Assembly (NCBI GenBank): GCA_013239625.1
Contig: MU054187.1
Span: 20,835,280-20,899,279, forward strand
Length of the DNA: 64,000 nt
Origin: Lama guanicoe
Lineage: Eukaryota
Reading direction: 5' to 3'
Part shown: positions 38,780-51,749 of the stretch, in pieces
Layout of the letters: every line of letters begins with the position of its first letter
Numbering within the stretch: the first letter of the stretch is position 1
Notes under the pieces: generated by a model
Seen by the model: the letters and a program-made list of their open reading frames with translations, nothing else
What the model was told of the DNA's origin: nothing
Databases searched by the model: none
Position numbers and translations under genes: made by a program

Positions 38780-41700
38780 AACTCATGGACAAAACTGTTT
38801 GCATTTACTGAATTAAATAAATGATAAATTTTCTACAATGTTTACAGACAAAAATATTCAATACCTTAGGGACTCTTAAAATTATGATATTAATTCAATC
38901 CCATAAAATTCAAGCAATGCTTTTCACAAAATTTGAGAAGAATCTGCCTAAAATTTACATAACATAGAGATAATAATGTTTAAGACATTTCTAAGAATAA
39001 AAATTGTCTCTATTATATTTCAAGACAAAAGACAGAGTATTTCAAACAATACATGAGAGATAATTATACCAATGAAACTGAGAAAAGAAAACAGATGCAA
39101 ATCCACATTTTATGAAACTGTGTATGACAGCAGAAGCATTATGCATCAGTGGGAAAACCGATGAACTCTTCAATAAATGATGCTTGTTTAATTGGAAGTC
39201 CAAAGGGAAAGAGGTTAAAATATATCCTCATCTCACACCAGTAAAACATAAACTCCAGGTTTAATTTCAAAACAAAAATGGGAAAAGCAAAGCTTCTAGG
39301 AGAAATTAAGATATTAACTTCATAATATTATTAGTGCTGAATATATGGACATTTAATTAAGGTAGATTAGCTTTTATTTGATCAACCTCACCCCCCAAAA
39401 TAAAGAAAAGTCAGAGTTAATTACATATGATTAAAAGCATCAGGAGAGCCAATTTAGCCATGTCCAAGAACGTCAAGATCCTGAAGAGAAGGGAAGTAAG
39501 ATTTGTGAGACCAGTATTTGATGCATTTTTCCCCTGAGGCATTTGCCAGTCTACAAATGGCAGAGTAGGCATTTGGCAGTCCAGGCTGACATCATTTGCA
39601 GCTATCTCACAGAACTGGAGAAACAAAAGTTGGAGTTCAGGATCCATCAAGGTAGAGGCATTCTAGTAATGAGCCCTGGATTTAAGGTGGGTCCTCAAAA
39701 GAGTAAAGAGAAACCAGAAATAGATCACCCCTTACAGACAGTAAAATCTGTCACTGAATCACCTACTTCTTGAGTTTAACATGGATATTTGCCTTTGCTT
39801 TAGCTAAGGCTAAGAAACCGGCAGACTTTTGGCAACCCCACATGTCTAGAAGACAAAAGGTGGAGCTCAGGCTCCCAAAGAGGAGGGCCTTGTAAGGAGT
39901 TTTTCAGTTGAAACTAATAAAGGATGCAAAAGAGAATTAAGAGCGAAGTGAAAGCAAACTGATAACAGAAACTGATCATAAACCTGCAAGGGATCCAGAT
40001 ATCGGATATCAGATATACCCTTTATAATAACAGTAAAATATAGTTTGAAGAAAATTGGAAAGAGACAGAATTTCAGCAGAGAAAAATGAATATATTAAAG
40101 GAAATGCAAATAGAAATTTCAGATCTGAAAATGCAAAACCTAAGACAAAGAATTCAATAAATGAGTTTAATGGCAGATGAGACAGAGTGCCTTCCCTCCA
40201 TAAAAGAAAACAGATTAATGAGGTGGAAGATAGTTCTTTAGATCCAGTTGCAGGCACAGAAAGAGGTGGGAGGGGGAAAGGATGGAAAATACACCAAGTG
40301 CTTAAGAGACATAGGGAGTAAATTAAAAGTAGCTAACATAACCTGTACATAGCGTCTCAGGAGGAAAGGACAAAGAGAAGAAAACATAAGCAATATTGGA
40401 AGGGGAAAAAACAAACCAAGTAACTTTCCAGTGATCAAATATATTAAACACAGAGTCAAAAAGTAAACAAAGCTTATGCAAAATAAATAGAAATGAAAAA
40501 AATAACCAAAGACAAAAAAATAATCTTTTTTTTTTCCAGGCCCCATACCCCCTGGCTGAGCGACCCACAAGCTGAAGAATAATTAAGTAGCAGAGGCCCT
40601 CCCACAGGAGTGAGAGCTCTGAGCCCCATAGCAGGCTCCCCAGCCCGAGCTCCTGGCACTGGAGGAGGAGGAGACTCAGGACATCTGCTTTTGAAAGCCA
40701 GTGGGGCTTAGCTCTAGGAGCCCCATGGGACGGGGGGGAAACAGACTTCACTCTTTTGGGAGGCATACACAGCATCTCATGTGTGCCAGGTCCAAGGGCA
40801 GAGGCAATGACTTCACAGGAACCCAGGCCAGGCCTGCCTGCTGGTTTTGGAAGGTCTCCTGGAGATGTAGGGGACCCAAAAAAATCTTGAAAGCACGCAA
40901 GAAGGAAAAAAATGGACCCGTTAAACTAAAATAAGTACAACAGAACTGAGAGTTGACTTTTCTATAGAAATGAGGGAAACAGAAGATACTACAACTGAAA
41001 TTTTTTAAAAACTGAAAAAAGGCACTAACATAGAATGCTATTCACAGAGAAAATGTGCTTTGAAAATTAAGGTATATTTTCATTATATATCTTTTCAGAT
41101 ATGTAAAACTTAGGAAAATGTATCGCTATTGGATTCATATTAAAGAAAATAGTTAATACTTAAGGCAGAGAGAAAATCATCTCATGGAAACTTGAAAATT
41201 CAGAAATACATAAAAATAAAATGATTGAATGTAAAAATATATCTAAATGAATATTGCCTGCATGCAGCAACATTATTGTCTTGTGTGCATTTAAAACTTA
41301 TGAATAATTAAAATAAATGACAACCATAACAGAAAAGTCAGGAGGTGAAAAATGGAGTTAAAGTGTTTTAAAGTCTTTGCATTGTCCAAGGGGTATTAAA
41401 AGAATTAAATTAAATCAGATTTCAATAAATCAATAATATATACAGTAATTTCTCATGTAACCACTCAAATGATATTTTAAAAACATGACACATAAGAGGA
41501 TAAATATTAAAAATGCTTAATTAAGTCAAATAATGCAAACAAGGAGAAAAAGAAAACATAAAGCACATGAGAAAAATACAGTACACATAATCAGATGATA
41601 TATTTAAACATAAATTGAGGAGGAAATATACTAAATACACCAATTAAAAAATAAAAATTGTCAGACTGGATTTGTCAAAGACATGATAAACCTTGATGAA

Positions 41701-41850
41701 CTGAAAAGAAGATAAAAAGGCAAAAAAATAATTTCTGACAAACAAAAGAATACTAAACAGATGGTAAATTTAAATAGAAATTCATCAATAATTATATTCA
41801 GTATAAACAAAATAAATACTCCAGTTTTAAAAAGACCATGTTTGTCTGTT
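38780..41850 (+). mobile_element. Old L1M fragments (ORF2 piece, then 5' UTR/ORF1 region)
   Basis: ORF1-like tracts (aattcaataaatgagtttaatggcagatgagacaga; aaaatcttgaaagca; aaaattgtcagactggatt). Confidence 0.7.
40526..40876. mobile_element. L1 5'UTR fragment (sense on plus) preceded by T10, inserted in an older L1 ORF1
   Basis: gcgacccacaagc...ggctccccagcccg...ttttgaaagccagtggggctt is L1 5'UTR-like; flanked by caaaaaaa(taa)tctt at 40513-40527 and 40877-40888. Confidence 0.8.
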
Positions 41851-43099
41851 TGCTATGTGGAAAAAAAAAAAAAAGCAATATTCAGGCCTAACTCCAAAGA
41901 AGTTGCCTTGATGCTTAGTTTGGAGTCAAAAAATAAAAATAAAAATAAAAATAAAAAACCAAACTAACCAATATAAATGGGACAATTATCAATATTCTAA
42001 TAAGGAAAAAAATATGGATGTTATTCTAAAGAAACTACCAAAACAATCAGCCTGGTACTCAAAAATAGGATGGGTAATTTGTTTCTTTAAAAAGAAAAAG
42101 GAAAGGAAGGAATATTAATAACACCTAATAAAAGGGTGCTTTTAGCTCCTTTCTATAATACTGCCCATAAATTTTCTACTTGCACCTGGCAATAAAAATA
42201 TTTCCATTCCAAAAAATATAAGCCATAAGTTAAAAGGTACATAAACCCGTCCAAACTTACCATCTCTTCCCAAGATTAAGACAAGTCCTTTCCTGTGATC
42301 TGCTGCTATATAACCAAAACCACTCCAAAATTTGGCTGTATTGACCTGATAGTTCTGTTTTCTACTTCACTTAATGTCCACAGAAGTCACTCACGTGTCT
42401 AATTCATCTGGGAGATGGATTGGGGTGCAAAGTTTTTCCCAAACATAAGCTCAATTTCAGTCTCTCTCCTCCGTCCCCATCCTTCCCCTCCCTTCTCCCC
42501 TCATCCCCTCTGCTCTCCCATAACCATCATTAACTAGGCTAGTCTAAGCTTCTTTCCATGGTAGCTGGATGAAAATGAAAGGGTGAAAATGAGGGGTTAA
42601 AGTGGAAGCTGCATTTTCTTAAGTTATAGACCCAGAAATTACACAATGTCACTTCCACTGCCTTCCATTGGTTGAAGCAAGTGACAGGGCCTGTATATGT
42701 TCAAAAGGAACGGAAATACATTCCATTTATTAATGGAGGAGTGGAAAATTCACAGAACAAACAGACATGCAGGATGAGAGGGACTGACGTGCACATCTTT
42801 GGAAACAATCTACCGTTGTCTACCCTCTGGCCACAGCAATTCACAGGCCTCCCACATGCAAAATACATCCCTCCCTCCTCCAGAAGTCCCATTTCCTTAA
42901 GGTATTGTCTCAAAATCCAAAATGTCATTATCTAAATTATGTCCATACGTGCCTGAGGGTTCTTGGATGTAGCTGCATGGGTTCAGTTGCTCTTGATTCA
43001 GAGACATGAGAAATAAAATGACAGATTATCTGCTTTCTACACATACTGATAAAGCACAGATAAAATAATTGCAATAGACACTTGCATTTTAAAAGAAGA

Positions 43100-43745
43100 C
43101 GATCAAGATACCTAACATTTCTATCACTCCCCAAGAGGTGCAAATTTTGAACTCCCAATTTATCCCTTCCTACCACCTTTCCCCCTTGGTAACCATAAGT
43201 CTGTTCTCTATGTCTGTGAGTCTGTTTCTGTTTTGTAAATAAATTCATTTGTGCCTCTTTTTAGATTCCACATATAAGCGATATCATATGGTAGTTTTCT
43301 TTCTGTTTCTGGCTTACTTGATGGAAATGTTAGGTACCCAGAGTGTGGTGGTGGTTTCATAAGTGTATAAATCTATCACATTTCATCAAATCGTACATCT
43401 GAAATATGTGTAGTTTACTGTACAGAAATTATACCAAAATAAAGTTGTTAAAAAAAAAGAAAAGAACACAAGATTTTCAGATACTGAGATATTGACTACA
43501 ATACATAAAATAGATAAAGAACAAGATTCTACTGTACAGCACAGGAAACTATATTCTACATCTTGTAATAATGTATAATGAAAAGGAATATGAAAATGAA
43601 TGTATGTATGTAATATGTATGATTGAACTATTATGCTTTACACCAGAAATTGACACAACATTGTAAACTGACTTTACTTCAATAAAAAATGAAGAATTAA
43701 AATACCCTAAATGTTCAATAATAAAAATTGTTAAAAAATAAAAAA
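43100..43745 (+). mobile_element. Composite 5'-inverted L1 3' end with nested L1 fragment
   Basis: TAAAAGAAGA at 43090-43099 and 43746-43755; antisense 43100-43318, sense 43319-43745. Confidence 0.85.
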
Positions 43746-44319
43746 TAAAAGAAGAGCAGAAAGCAGTTATTTGTCACTGGCCCAGGGCAATTCTGAATCC
43801 AGCTGGACAGATGTTACCAGTTTCCTCTATTTGAGACACAAGGAATAGTCTGAGTGGAGTGGAGTTCTGGTACCTAATCCATAGTTTTTCAAAGATCTTG
43901 GCTTTGCCTCAGAGTTATCCCAGCCTTTCTGGAAGCAATAGCCAGTATTTTCAGCTGAGTAGCTCTCTTGTCCTTAAAAGTTGGGAGCTCTTTGCATTTT
44001 GAAGTATCTTTGTACCTTTTAGTCTCGGCAGGTGGTGTTTTTGCTAGTACAAGGCTCTTAAAATTTGTAGATTTTTCTATAAATTTCATTAGGATCCACT
44101 TCATGGCCCCAAAGCAGTATCTACCATTTTTCTCAAGGTAGATTCATTTCTAATTTGCACGTGTGAGAATATTGTGGAATACGTTATTAAGATTCTCAGA
44201 AGTACTTATGTCTAGCTAAGAGGGTCTACTGGGAACCATCTCAGATTTTTCAGAGGGCTTAACAAAGGGACTTATAGACACAAAATAAATGTAATCTTTC
44301 CCGTGAGGCCATATTTTAC

Positions 44320-44445
44320 TTTTTTGCAAAGTTCTGGAGATGGATAGACAATAGTTGCACAACAATGTAAACATACTTAATGCCTCTGGTACACTCAAAA
44401 ATTATTTAACTGGTAAATTTTATGTTATATATATTTTATCACAAA
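44320..44445 (+). mobile_element. L1MB 3' end
   Basis: aaagttctggagatggat...gttgcacaacaatgtaaacatacttaatgcc...gtaaattttatgttatatatattttatcacaa. Confidence 0.8.
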
Positions 44446-45755
44446 TAGAATAATTATTTCATTATTATACGAAAAATGATGAGATAATTTAAGACAAAGG
44501 AAACACCAAAGTCTTACCTTTAGTCAGCTGGTACCTATAATCTGACTATTCTTAAGTGATAAGTAAACAGAAGATAATCTCATTGGTGTCCAGTCTGTGA
44601 ATATTTAATAGCAACCTCTGCACATGGATATATATCCAAGTTACAGATACAAGTGCACAGTAGTTTCTCAGCCAACATCTTTACTAAGCAAAAACTACTA
44701 GCAACAAATTTGAGGGCCATATTCCTGACTTCAGTGGAATAAAGTGAGTCCATCTTCCCAGCAGAGAGCAAATGTTTCCACACGGATTTGTTTATCTTCT
44801 AACCCAGGTTGTGTAGGCGAGATCATTGGTGAAAGATTCAATGTCAGTGGCTTGTCTCACAAGTTTGGAAGCATTTGTGATAAAGGCCTTGCTTTGTAAA
44901 GCTTTATGTTTTCTTTCAAATTACTTTAGTTTTCTGATCACTAAGAATCATTTTTGAGACTTTACATTGTGACAGGCATGTGTTTTTCACTAGGGACCCC
45001 AAAATTTCAGACCTCCAGGTATTGCAGAAAAGAGGAATAAACCATAATTAAGTAGAGAGCAGTTCAGTCCTGAAGTCAAATTCAAAAATCTGTCAAATGC
45101 TTTGTACAACATTGGACTCACAATTCTGATCAGGAGTACAAGAGACCATAATTCCTTCTGCATTACCTTAAACTATTCAGAGCTTAATGTGACAAAAAGA
45201 CTTCAGTGCCTACTGAGAACACTTTGCCTGCTTTGTTCACTGAGATCAATCACAAACTAATCTAAAAGAAAAGACAAAGTTTAGGATATAGAAAGTTATA
45301 AGTATCTTGCAAAAAGAAAGATTGAATAAAAACATTCTATTCCATTATTTCAGAAAAGTGACAATGAATTTTTTTAAACAAACTAAATATAATTAAATAA
45401 TGCAAATAACCACTTTAATGAGACTGTAAAATATAAAAGTTAATAATAGAACCATTTATGATATGAAAATATTCCACGTTCAATGTAAATTTTTAAATGT
45501 TAGTGTCTGGTGTGCTTAAAAGTGTTGTGATGATTACCTAAAGATCAAGTGTTTTATAACTGCCTAAGAAATAAAGCTCTGATTTTGAAAAACACCAATT
45601 AGAGTATCTGATCACTAATATGAAATGAAGTTTCCTGGTGGAACTAAAGAAATTATGTACATCTATATGTGACAGTGACACTAACATAACACTGATAGTA
45701 ACTATTACTAGCCTTTAATTTTGTGTGATTTTTTTAAAGCATTAAAAGTAATTAT

Positions 45756-45884
45756 GGGGGAGGATATAGCTCAAGTGGTAGAGCACATGCTTAGCATACA
45801 CAGGGTCCTGGGTTCAATCCCCAGTACCTCTTCCAAAAAAATTAATAAACCTAATTACCTCCCCCAGCAAAAAAAAAATTTTTT
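45756..45884 (+). mobile_element. Vic-1-type camelid tRNA-derived SINE with TSD
   Basis: A box TAGCTCAAGTGG 45767-45778; B box GGTTCAATCC 45811-45820; tail aataaacctaattacctccccc plus A run; AAGTAATTA at 45746-45754 and 45885-45893. Confidence 0.93.
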
Positions 45885-46885
45885 AAGTAATTAATATTCT
45901 CATATTTTGTGTTTTTCATTACTCAACAATGACTATAAAAAAAAAACTATTCTTCTAGGAAGTGTTTCTATTTTTAGACAGAAATGGTGAGTTCTGTCCC
46001 TTCCCTACCTGATGTTATTTTACCATAGAAGTTCCAAAAAATGAACCTTACCTTATGCTATTACATGATTGTTATGATTGTTATCTTGATCTCATTTAAT
46101 TTTGAAAAGAATTGCCTTTTCTAAGCAATGTCATTTTACAAACAATTTCAAACTTTGATAGGTAATCGCACGGATGGTTCAGAAAATCGTTCTGTCTCTG
46201 GAGAGCCCAGATTAAATCAATTTACAAATTAAAGGGGAGGGAGCAATCAGATAGCAATCCAGAGAACATTCTAAAATGTATTATATCTGAGGTATCTTAA
46301 GGGAGAAAAGGCAAATTGAAAATGAGCTCATCTTTCCAAAAACAGGCTATTTTTTCCCACTTTGGTTTCTGCTGCTTGTGGCACATTTTTTTGTGTACTA
46401 ACTACTCGTTTGCCCTGACTCCAGGTTCGGATGTCTTACTGGAGCGTATTTCAGATGTAGAACCCATTTTGCCTCATACCTTGAGACTATGGCCCTCATG
46501 CTTTATTAGAAAACAATTAAATTGTTCAAAATTAGGTTGGACAGTTGCCAATTTTTCCGCTTAAAGGGCAACGATTTGATAACATTTGTAACAAGGGAAA
46601 CACTAAGGAGAAAGATGTACTTACATTTATTACAAAAACGTATCTTAAGTGTAATTACACACAGAAAAAAGTTTTTATGGCTTGAAAGATCTACTAAATA
46701 GGAAACTAATTAGAACCCAAACAATGCAAGATAATTGGCTGTACTTAAGTTAGCTAAATAGCACCAATATTCTTGAATTGAGATTTTTTTGTTGACTTGC
46801 CAAAAATATCTGCTATGATTTTCTAAAGTAAAGAAAATTGATAATAAATTATTTGATGGTCAGGATGTTATGGTAATCTAATTTT

Positions 46886-47092
46886 TTAAATGGAAGTCTA
46901 GTCAGTTATAATGTGTCCATTTCTAGTGTACAGCATAATGTCCCAGTCATATATATACATATATATATTCATTTTCATATTCTTTTTCATTAAAGGTTGT
47001 TATAAGACATTGAATATAGCTCTCTGTGATAAATACAAGAAATCTGTTTTTTATCTATTTTTATATATACTGGTTATTATTTGCAAAATGAG
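46886..47092 (-). mobile_element. Short young L1 3' end with TSD
   Basis: Antisense 3' UTR; AATCTAATTTT at 46875-46885 and 47093-47103. Confidence 0.88.
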
Positions 47093-48519
47093 AATCTAAT
47101 TTTAAAGTAAAATTGGAAGATGAAATTCTAATATACCTTATACAATGTAGATAAGTTATTGAAATAATACCAAATAAACTTTTAATCACATCCTGTGTTC
47201 TATGATGCTTCACTGACTGTAGTTGTGTTTCCTTCTATACATTCTCTATAAAATTACATATGTGTAATTATTGTTAAGGTTTTGTTTTTAGAATCATAAA
47301 TTTTGTTTCTCAGTTTCTCCAGTTGTTTTTGTTTTTTTTTCTCCATGCCCTATGTCAAATTCAAACCTCCTGGCTGCTGACCAAGAATAATCAAATGTAC
47401 AGAAGGGTAAATGTAAGCTTTTATAAAGATATCAAATATACTTAATTAAAAGATTGTATTTTTCCCATTCTAACTTAATGGCAGAATAATCTCAAAGATT
47501 ATAAAACTATGAACTGGAATTTTAAATAGGTGTTAAAATTACAGATAACTGTTTAGCATTATTGCAACTAATTCTTTACGAACTTCGAGGATCCATGGAT
47601 GATGAGAGACTTAAAAAAATTGGAATTTGACCAACATCTTTACCAAAAAATACAGATCTGTTAACTTGATGTGAATACCTGAATATATTATACCACACTG
47701 CTAATTTCCTTTTTGTTATTTCAACAGCTTATAATCAAATTCTTACATGAAAAAATGGTACTCAATGGTATCTGCTCAGTAATCAGCAAAAATAAGTCTA
47801 AAAGAGCCTCTACTCGGCCTTTTACTTTCCGAACATCGATTTGCTTGCTCATTCTCCACCAGTCACAGTCCTCTTTTTTTTTTTTTTTTTTTGGTGACAT
47901 ATATGCAATGCAATAGTATTGGAGCCTAGTTATTATTATCACATAGATTTTTTAAATTACATAAATTTAATTGAAATAATCATAGTCTCTGATTTGACAA
48001 AATTTGTAATAAGAAAAAGAAGTTGGCTGATTTAAGTTTAGAATGCTTTCCCCAGAAACCATTGCTTTGTATAAAATCAAGTATTATATAAACTACTCGA
48101 AGGCAAGCACCAAATTTTATTATTGCCAGTATCCATCACAGTGGAAAGCAAATATCAGATATTCAAAAATAATTTAGTGAACTGAATAAATGAACTGTTA
48201 TGCTTGACCAAAATAATTTCCTTTATTTTAAAGGGAATTACTAGATGGAGATAAGGAATAAAAAGGGTTGAGCATATAATTGGCATTCAATATAGCATTT
48301 TATAATTTCTCATGATACATTTGTTTAAAAAATAAACAGAGGAATATGGACAAGGTAATTACGTTTATTATCAAGTAGTTAAGCAATCTAGTAGCAAGAA
48401 GAGTGATTAATACCATTAATACCCTTTTTCAGAGCAGGAGGGAGGTCTCTGGACGAATATCCTTGGAACTCTGTTCTAGATCCTGTCCTGTTCAATATTT
48501 TTAAGATAAGAAAGGACAT

Positions 48520-49730
48520 CTTGTTTCTAGTTCCACATGTAAAGACTGTGGAAATCACCACTCCATCTTCAGTAACAAGTAAAAAAAAGGAATATATATA
48601 TATATATATGCATGTGTATAAATGAATCACTATGCTGTACACCAGAAATTGACACAACATTGCAAATCAATTATACTTTAATAAAAAAAAGTAAAACAAA
48701 CAAACAACAAGTAAAAAGATGAATAGAATGAAAAATAAAAAACTCTTTCTAGGACAAACTACTGACCCCAAGACTGGAGAAACAGACAAGTAAACACAGA
48801 CACTGACCAGAGTGGAGACTCAGGAGCTAAACGTGCAACAGACTCCAGTGCAGGGGTAGGAAAACCAGAACTGTAATTGACCAGCTGCTGGAGGCTCAGG
48901 ATGGACAAGTCTGGGAGGTAAAATTCCAGGGGCTCATTCATGGGGGGCCCTCCACACTAGCATGAGATTTATTTCTAGGAGTTCCAATAGATTCCCAGAG
49001 AAATGTCAAAGAGAAACCCCCTTATGTTTTCTGAGGGGGTAAGGGGAACAGTACCAATTTGAAATACTGTAGGGCACTCTGTTCTTCTAAACAAGGTCTG
49101 CTCTCAGGAGAAAATCATCAACCAGAGACTAACTATTATCAAAGCCTAACTGACATATGGGAAAGGAAATAGCTAACTCTAGCCCACCATAGCCAACCTG
49201 CATCACATAAAGGAGGAGAAAAACACGGAGAAACACTTATGGAGCTCACAGTCCAGAGGCATAGGCTCACTAAGTGACTGAGACCTAATCACAGAATCAC
49301 AGAAAGCTTTTCCTTCCCTCATACCTCACCACCACATTATTAAAGTTCTGTTTGTAACAGTTCCTTTTACCCAGTACATCATGTTTGGGTCTCAAGAAAG
49401 AAATTACACTGGCATTGGAAAAGGCAAAAGCCACAATTCCAAGAGCCAAAGAAAGCATTAGAACCAGACATGGCAGGGATGTTGGAGTATTTAGACCAGG
49501 AATTTAAAACAACCATGAATGCTAAGGACTCTGACCGATAAAATAAACAGCAGGTAAGAATATATTGACAATGTAAACAGAGAGATGGAAAGTCACAGAA
49601 TGGACAAAAAAATAAAAATTTTTAAAAACCAGACAGCAAATACATAACAAAGAAATAAGGAGTCCCTTTGATTGGCTGATTGATAGATCGGGCAGAGGAA
49701 AGAATCTCTGAGCTTGAGGAGAGAGCTAAA
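48520..49730 (+). mobile_element. Old L1M 5' UTR/ORF1 start, containing a short young L1 3' end (48586-48705)
   Basis: L1M 5' motifs and ORF1 start (gcattagaaccagacatggcagggatgttggag); inner insert flanked by AACAAGTAAAAA at 48574-48585 and 48706-48717. Confidence 0.8.
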
Positions 49731-50289
49731 AAAAAATTAATTTGTCAGTCATAAATATAAAGAATGCAGTTAAAACATTAAACAGTGATTCTGCCCCAGG
49801 TTAAGAATATGAAGAGAAATTAGCAAAGCAGGAATTCTTGTGTGTTGCCATCTGGAAAATACAAATATGTAAGAATAAGACTAGAGAGAACAGGCTGAAA
49901 AAATGAGACACCAATTCTAGTAAGTGTAGAAGAATCATTTGAAAGTTACGTCATGGAAGCCAAAAGAATAAAGAATATTAAAAAGAAAAGATCGGTTAAC
50001 AGGGTCAAATTTCCCAGAGAGTTAAAGTACCACTTGATCTCATGAGTCAGTGTATCTATTAGATTTAGTAATTAGAGGTCACTGGTGAATAGAAAGAGAA
50101 CAGTTCTAGTGGCAGAGAGGGGTAAAAAGCAAGTTGAAGTTGATTGAAAATAGATGGAGTGAGAAATGGAAATTGTCATGTTAGTTTATTCTTTCTAGAA
50201 TTTCAGATAAAAAAGTGGAGTGAGATTAAGAATAGGTAATAATTTTTTTCCCCCATGGGAGAAATATGAGTATATCTATAGGCTTCAGA

Positions 50290-50750
50290 AAAGGAGCTAA
50301 TAGAGAGATAAAGATTGAACAGAGATGTAGACAAGGAGATAGGGACAGAAACAGGGAACAGTGATAATATTGGAGTTGGAGAGGGAAAGAGAGATGAAAG
50401 GGGAAAAAGAAGAGACAGAGAGAGACACAGAGACAGAGAAGAAGATGGAGAAAGATGGACAGATACACACAGAGACAGGGACACAGAGAGGAAAAAACTC
50501 AGAGAGAAAGAGACAGAAAAACAAAGAAAAAGAAAGAGAGATTGAGAGGCACAAGGAAACAGAGAGCACACACACAGCACACTGCCCATATGAGCACAAA
50601 GCCATAGAGAAAGACACAGGGAGACATCAGAGAGAGAGAGGCACACACACGGACTCCCTGTGCACAAAGAAAGCCAGAAACAGAGAGATGGAGGCAAAGA
50701 GAGCGGAGATAGGTGCAAAGACAGAGACACAGAAGCAACACAGAGAATAA
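50290..50750. repeat. GA/GACA-rich low-complexity tract
   Basis: About 460 bp of degenerate gagacagagaga and cacaca runs; source of the stacked spurious ORFs. Confidence 0.9.
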
Positions 50751-51698
50751 GAATAAATGATTTCAAGGACAAAGGTCAAGGAATTGGCCAGGGACAGGAC
50801 CCACAGTCTCATCTCTGAGATGGTACGGGATTAGAATGAGTGCTGACGCATGCAAATTTACAGGAGGTGAAAGAAAGAAACAGAATGCATTCAAGTGTGA
50901 GCCTCAACATCTTTGAAAAGATTAGGAGATGAAATCTTTCTGCTGAAAACAGGAGACATTGGGGGTTGCATTAGAGCAGTGATTTCAGCCATGGCTGCAT
51001 ATTACAATCAACTTGGAAAAAAATTTTAAATACAATGGTTGGGACCCATACTTCAAGTTCTTAAGCCCTGGTGTGAGCCTGAAGAGGAGAAAATAAATCT
51101 CTTTAGTCGAATCAAAAACACAGGCAGACTTAAGAGCCCTAAGTTAGAACTTTAAGGATAGCAATATAGTTTTGGAATCATTCCTGTGAATAATGTCCCA
51201 GGGAGCAGACCACTACAGAGTGGAAGGACTGATGGGTGCACTGCCAGCCTGAAGGAGATTAGACCCTCTCAATCATCTACCACCCACCCTGGTCACACAG
51301 GTTTCTGTGTTAGTACTCAGATGCCCAAGCAGTGAAGAGGAGGAGACTGTAGAATTTTCTTGGAATGGCCAGGCCTGTTGAGATGGAACAGAAGAATCTG
51401 CTGAGACATAGTGCAGGTGGAAAACAAGGATGCAGGTTTGTGAAGGAAGGAAGCTGCAAGTGTCCAGATGGACTTGAAGAAAATAAAGGAATTATGAAAC
51501 CATAGGTATGAGCTCAAAGGACAGACACAGCAAGGGCATAGAAGTACAGAAGTTTAGGCATAACAATGAGTTATTGGGAAAGGTGTTTAGAAGTAACTAA
51601 AATGAAACAGCACTGAGTCCCGGGTGTGGAGCAGGTAGATAAGGTGAAACAAAGGCAAAGATCAAGCAAACCTGAGGAGATTCCAAACCTGCTTCTAC

Positions 51699-51749
51699 GG
51701 TGGTGGTGGTGGTGGTGGTGGTGGTGGTGGTGGCGGCGGCGGTGGTGGT
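51699..51749. repeat. (GGT)11(GGC)3(GGT)3 trinucleotide repeat
   Basis: Direct reading. Confidence 0.95.

Larger units (their letters stand above)
42285..45280 (-). mobile_element. MLT1 (MaLR) LTR and internal sequence, interrupted by L1 insertions
   Basis: tgtcacttccactgccttccattggttgaagcaagtgacag...catctttggaaacaatctacc, then MaLR-int-like ccctctggccacag...cccacatgcaaaatacat; distal boundary uncertain. Confidence 0.65.

Noticed and set aside
40238..40934. 110-150 aa ORFs as possible L1 ORF0-like products
   Set aside because: They run across the insertion junction into antisense host L1 and cannot be supported as genuine ORFs
44519..44535. 17-nt minus-strand micro-exon with AAG|gtaaga donor
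   Set aside because: Poor acceptor, and lies within MaLR internal sequence
45756..45830. tRNA-Ala-like gene (A and B boxes)
   Set aside because: It has a SINE tail, an A run, a TSD and a diverged second copy at 27.4 kb; it is a tRNA-derived SINE, not a tRNA gene
50203..50812. Stack of long ORFs (up to 189 aa) on both strands
   Set aside because: They arise from GA/CT low-complexity sequence that lacks stop codons
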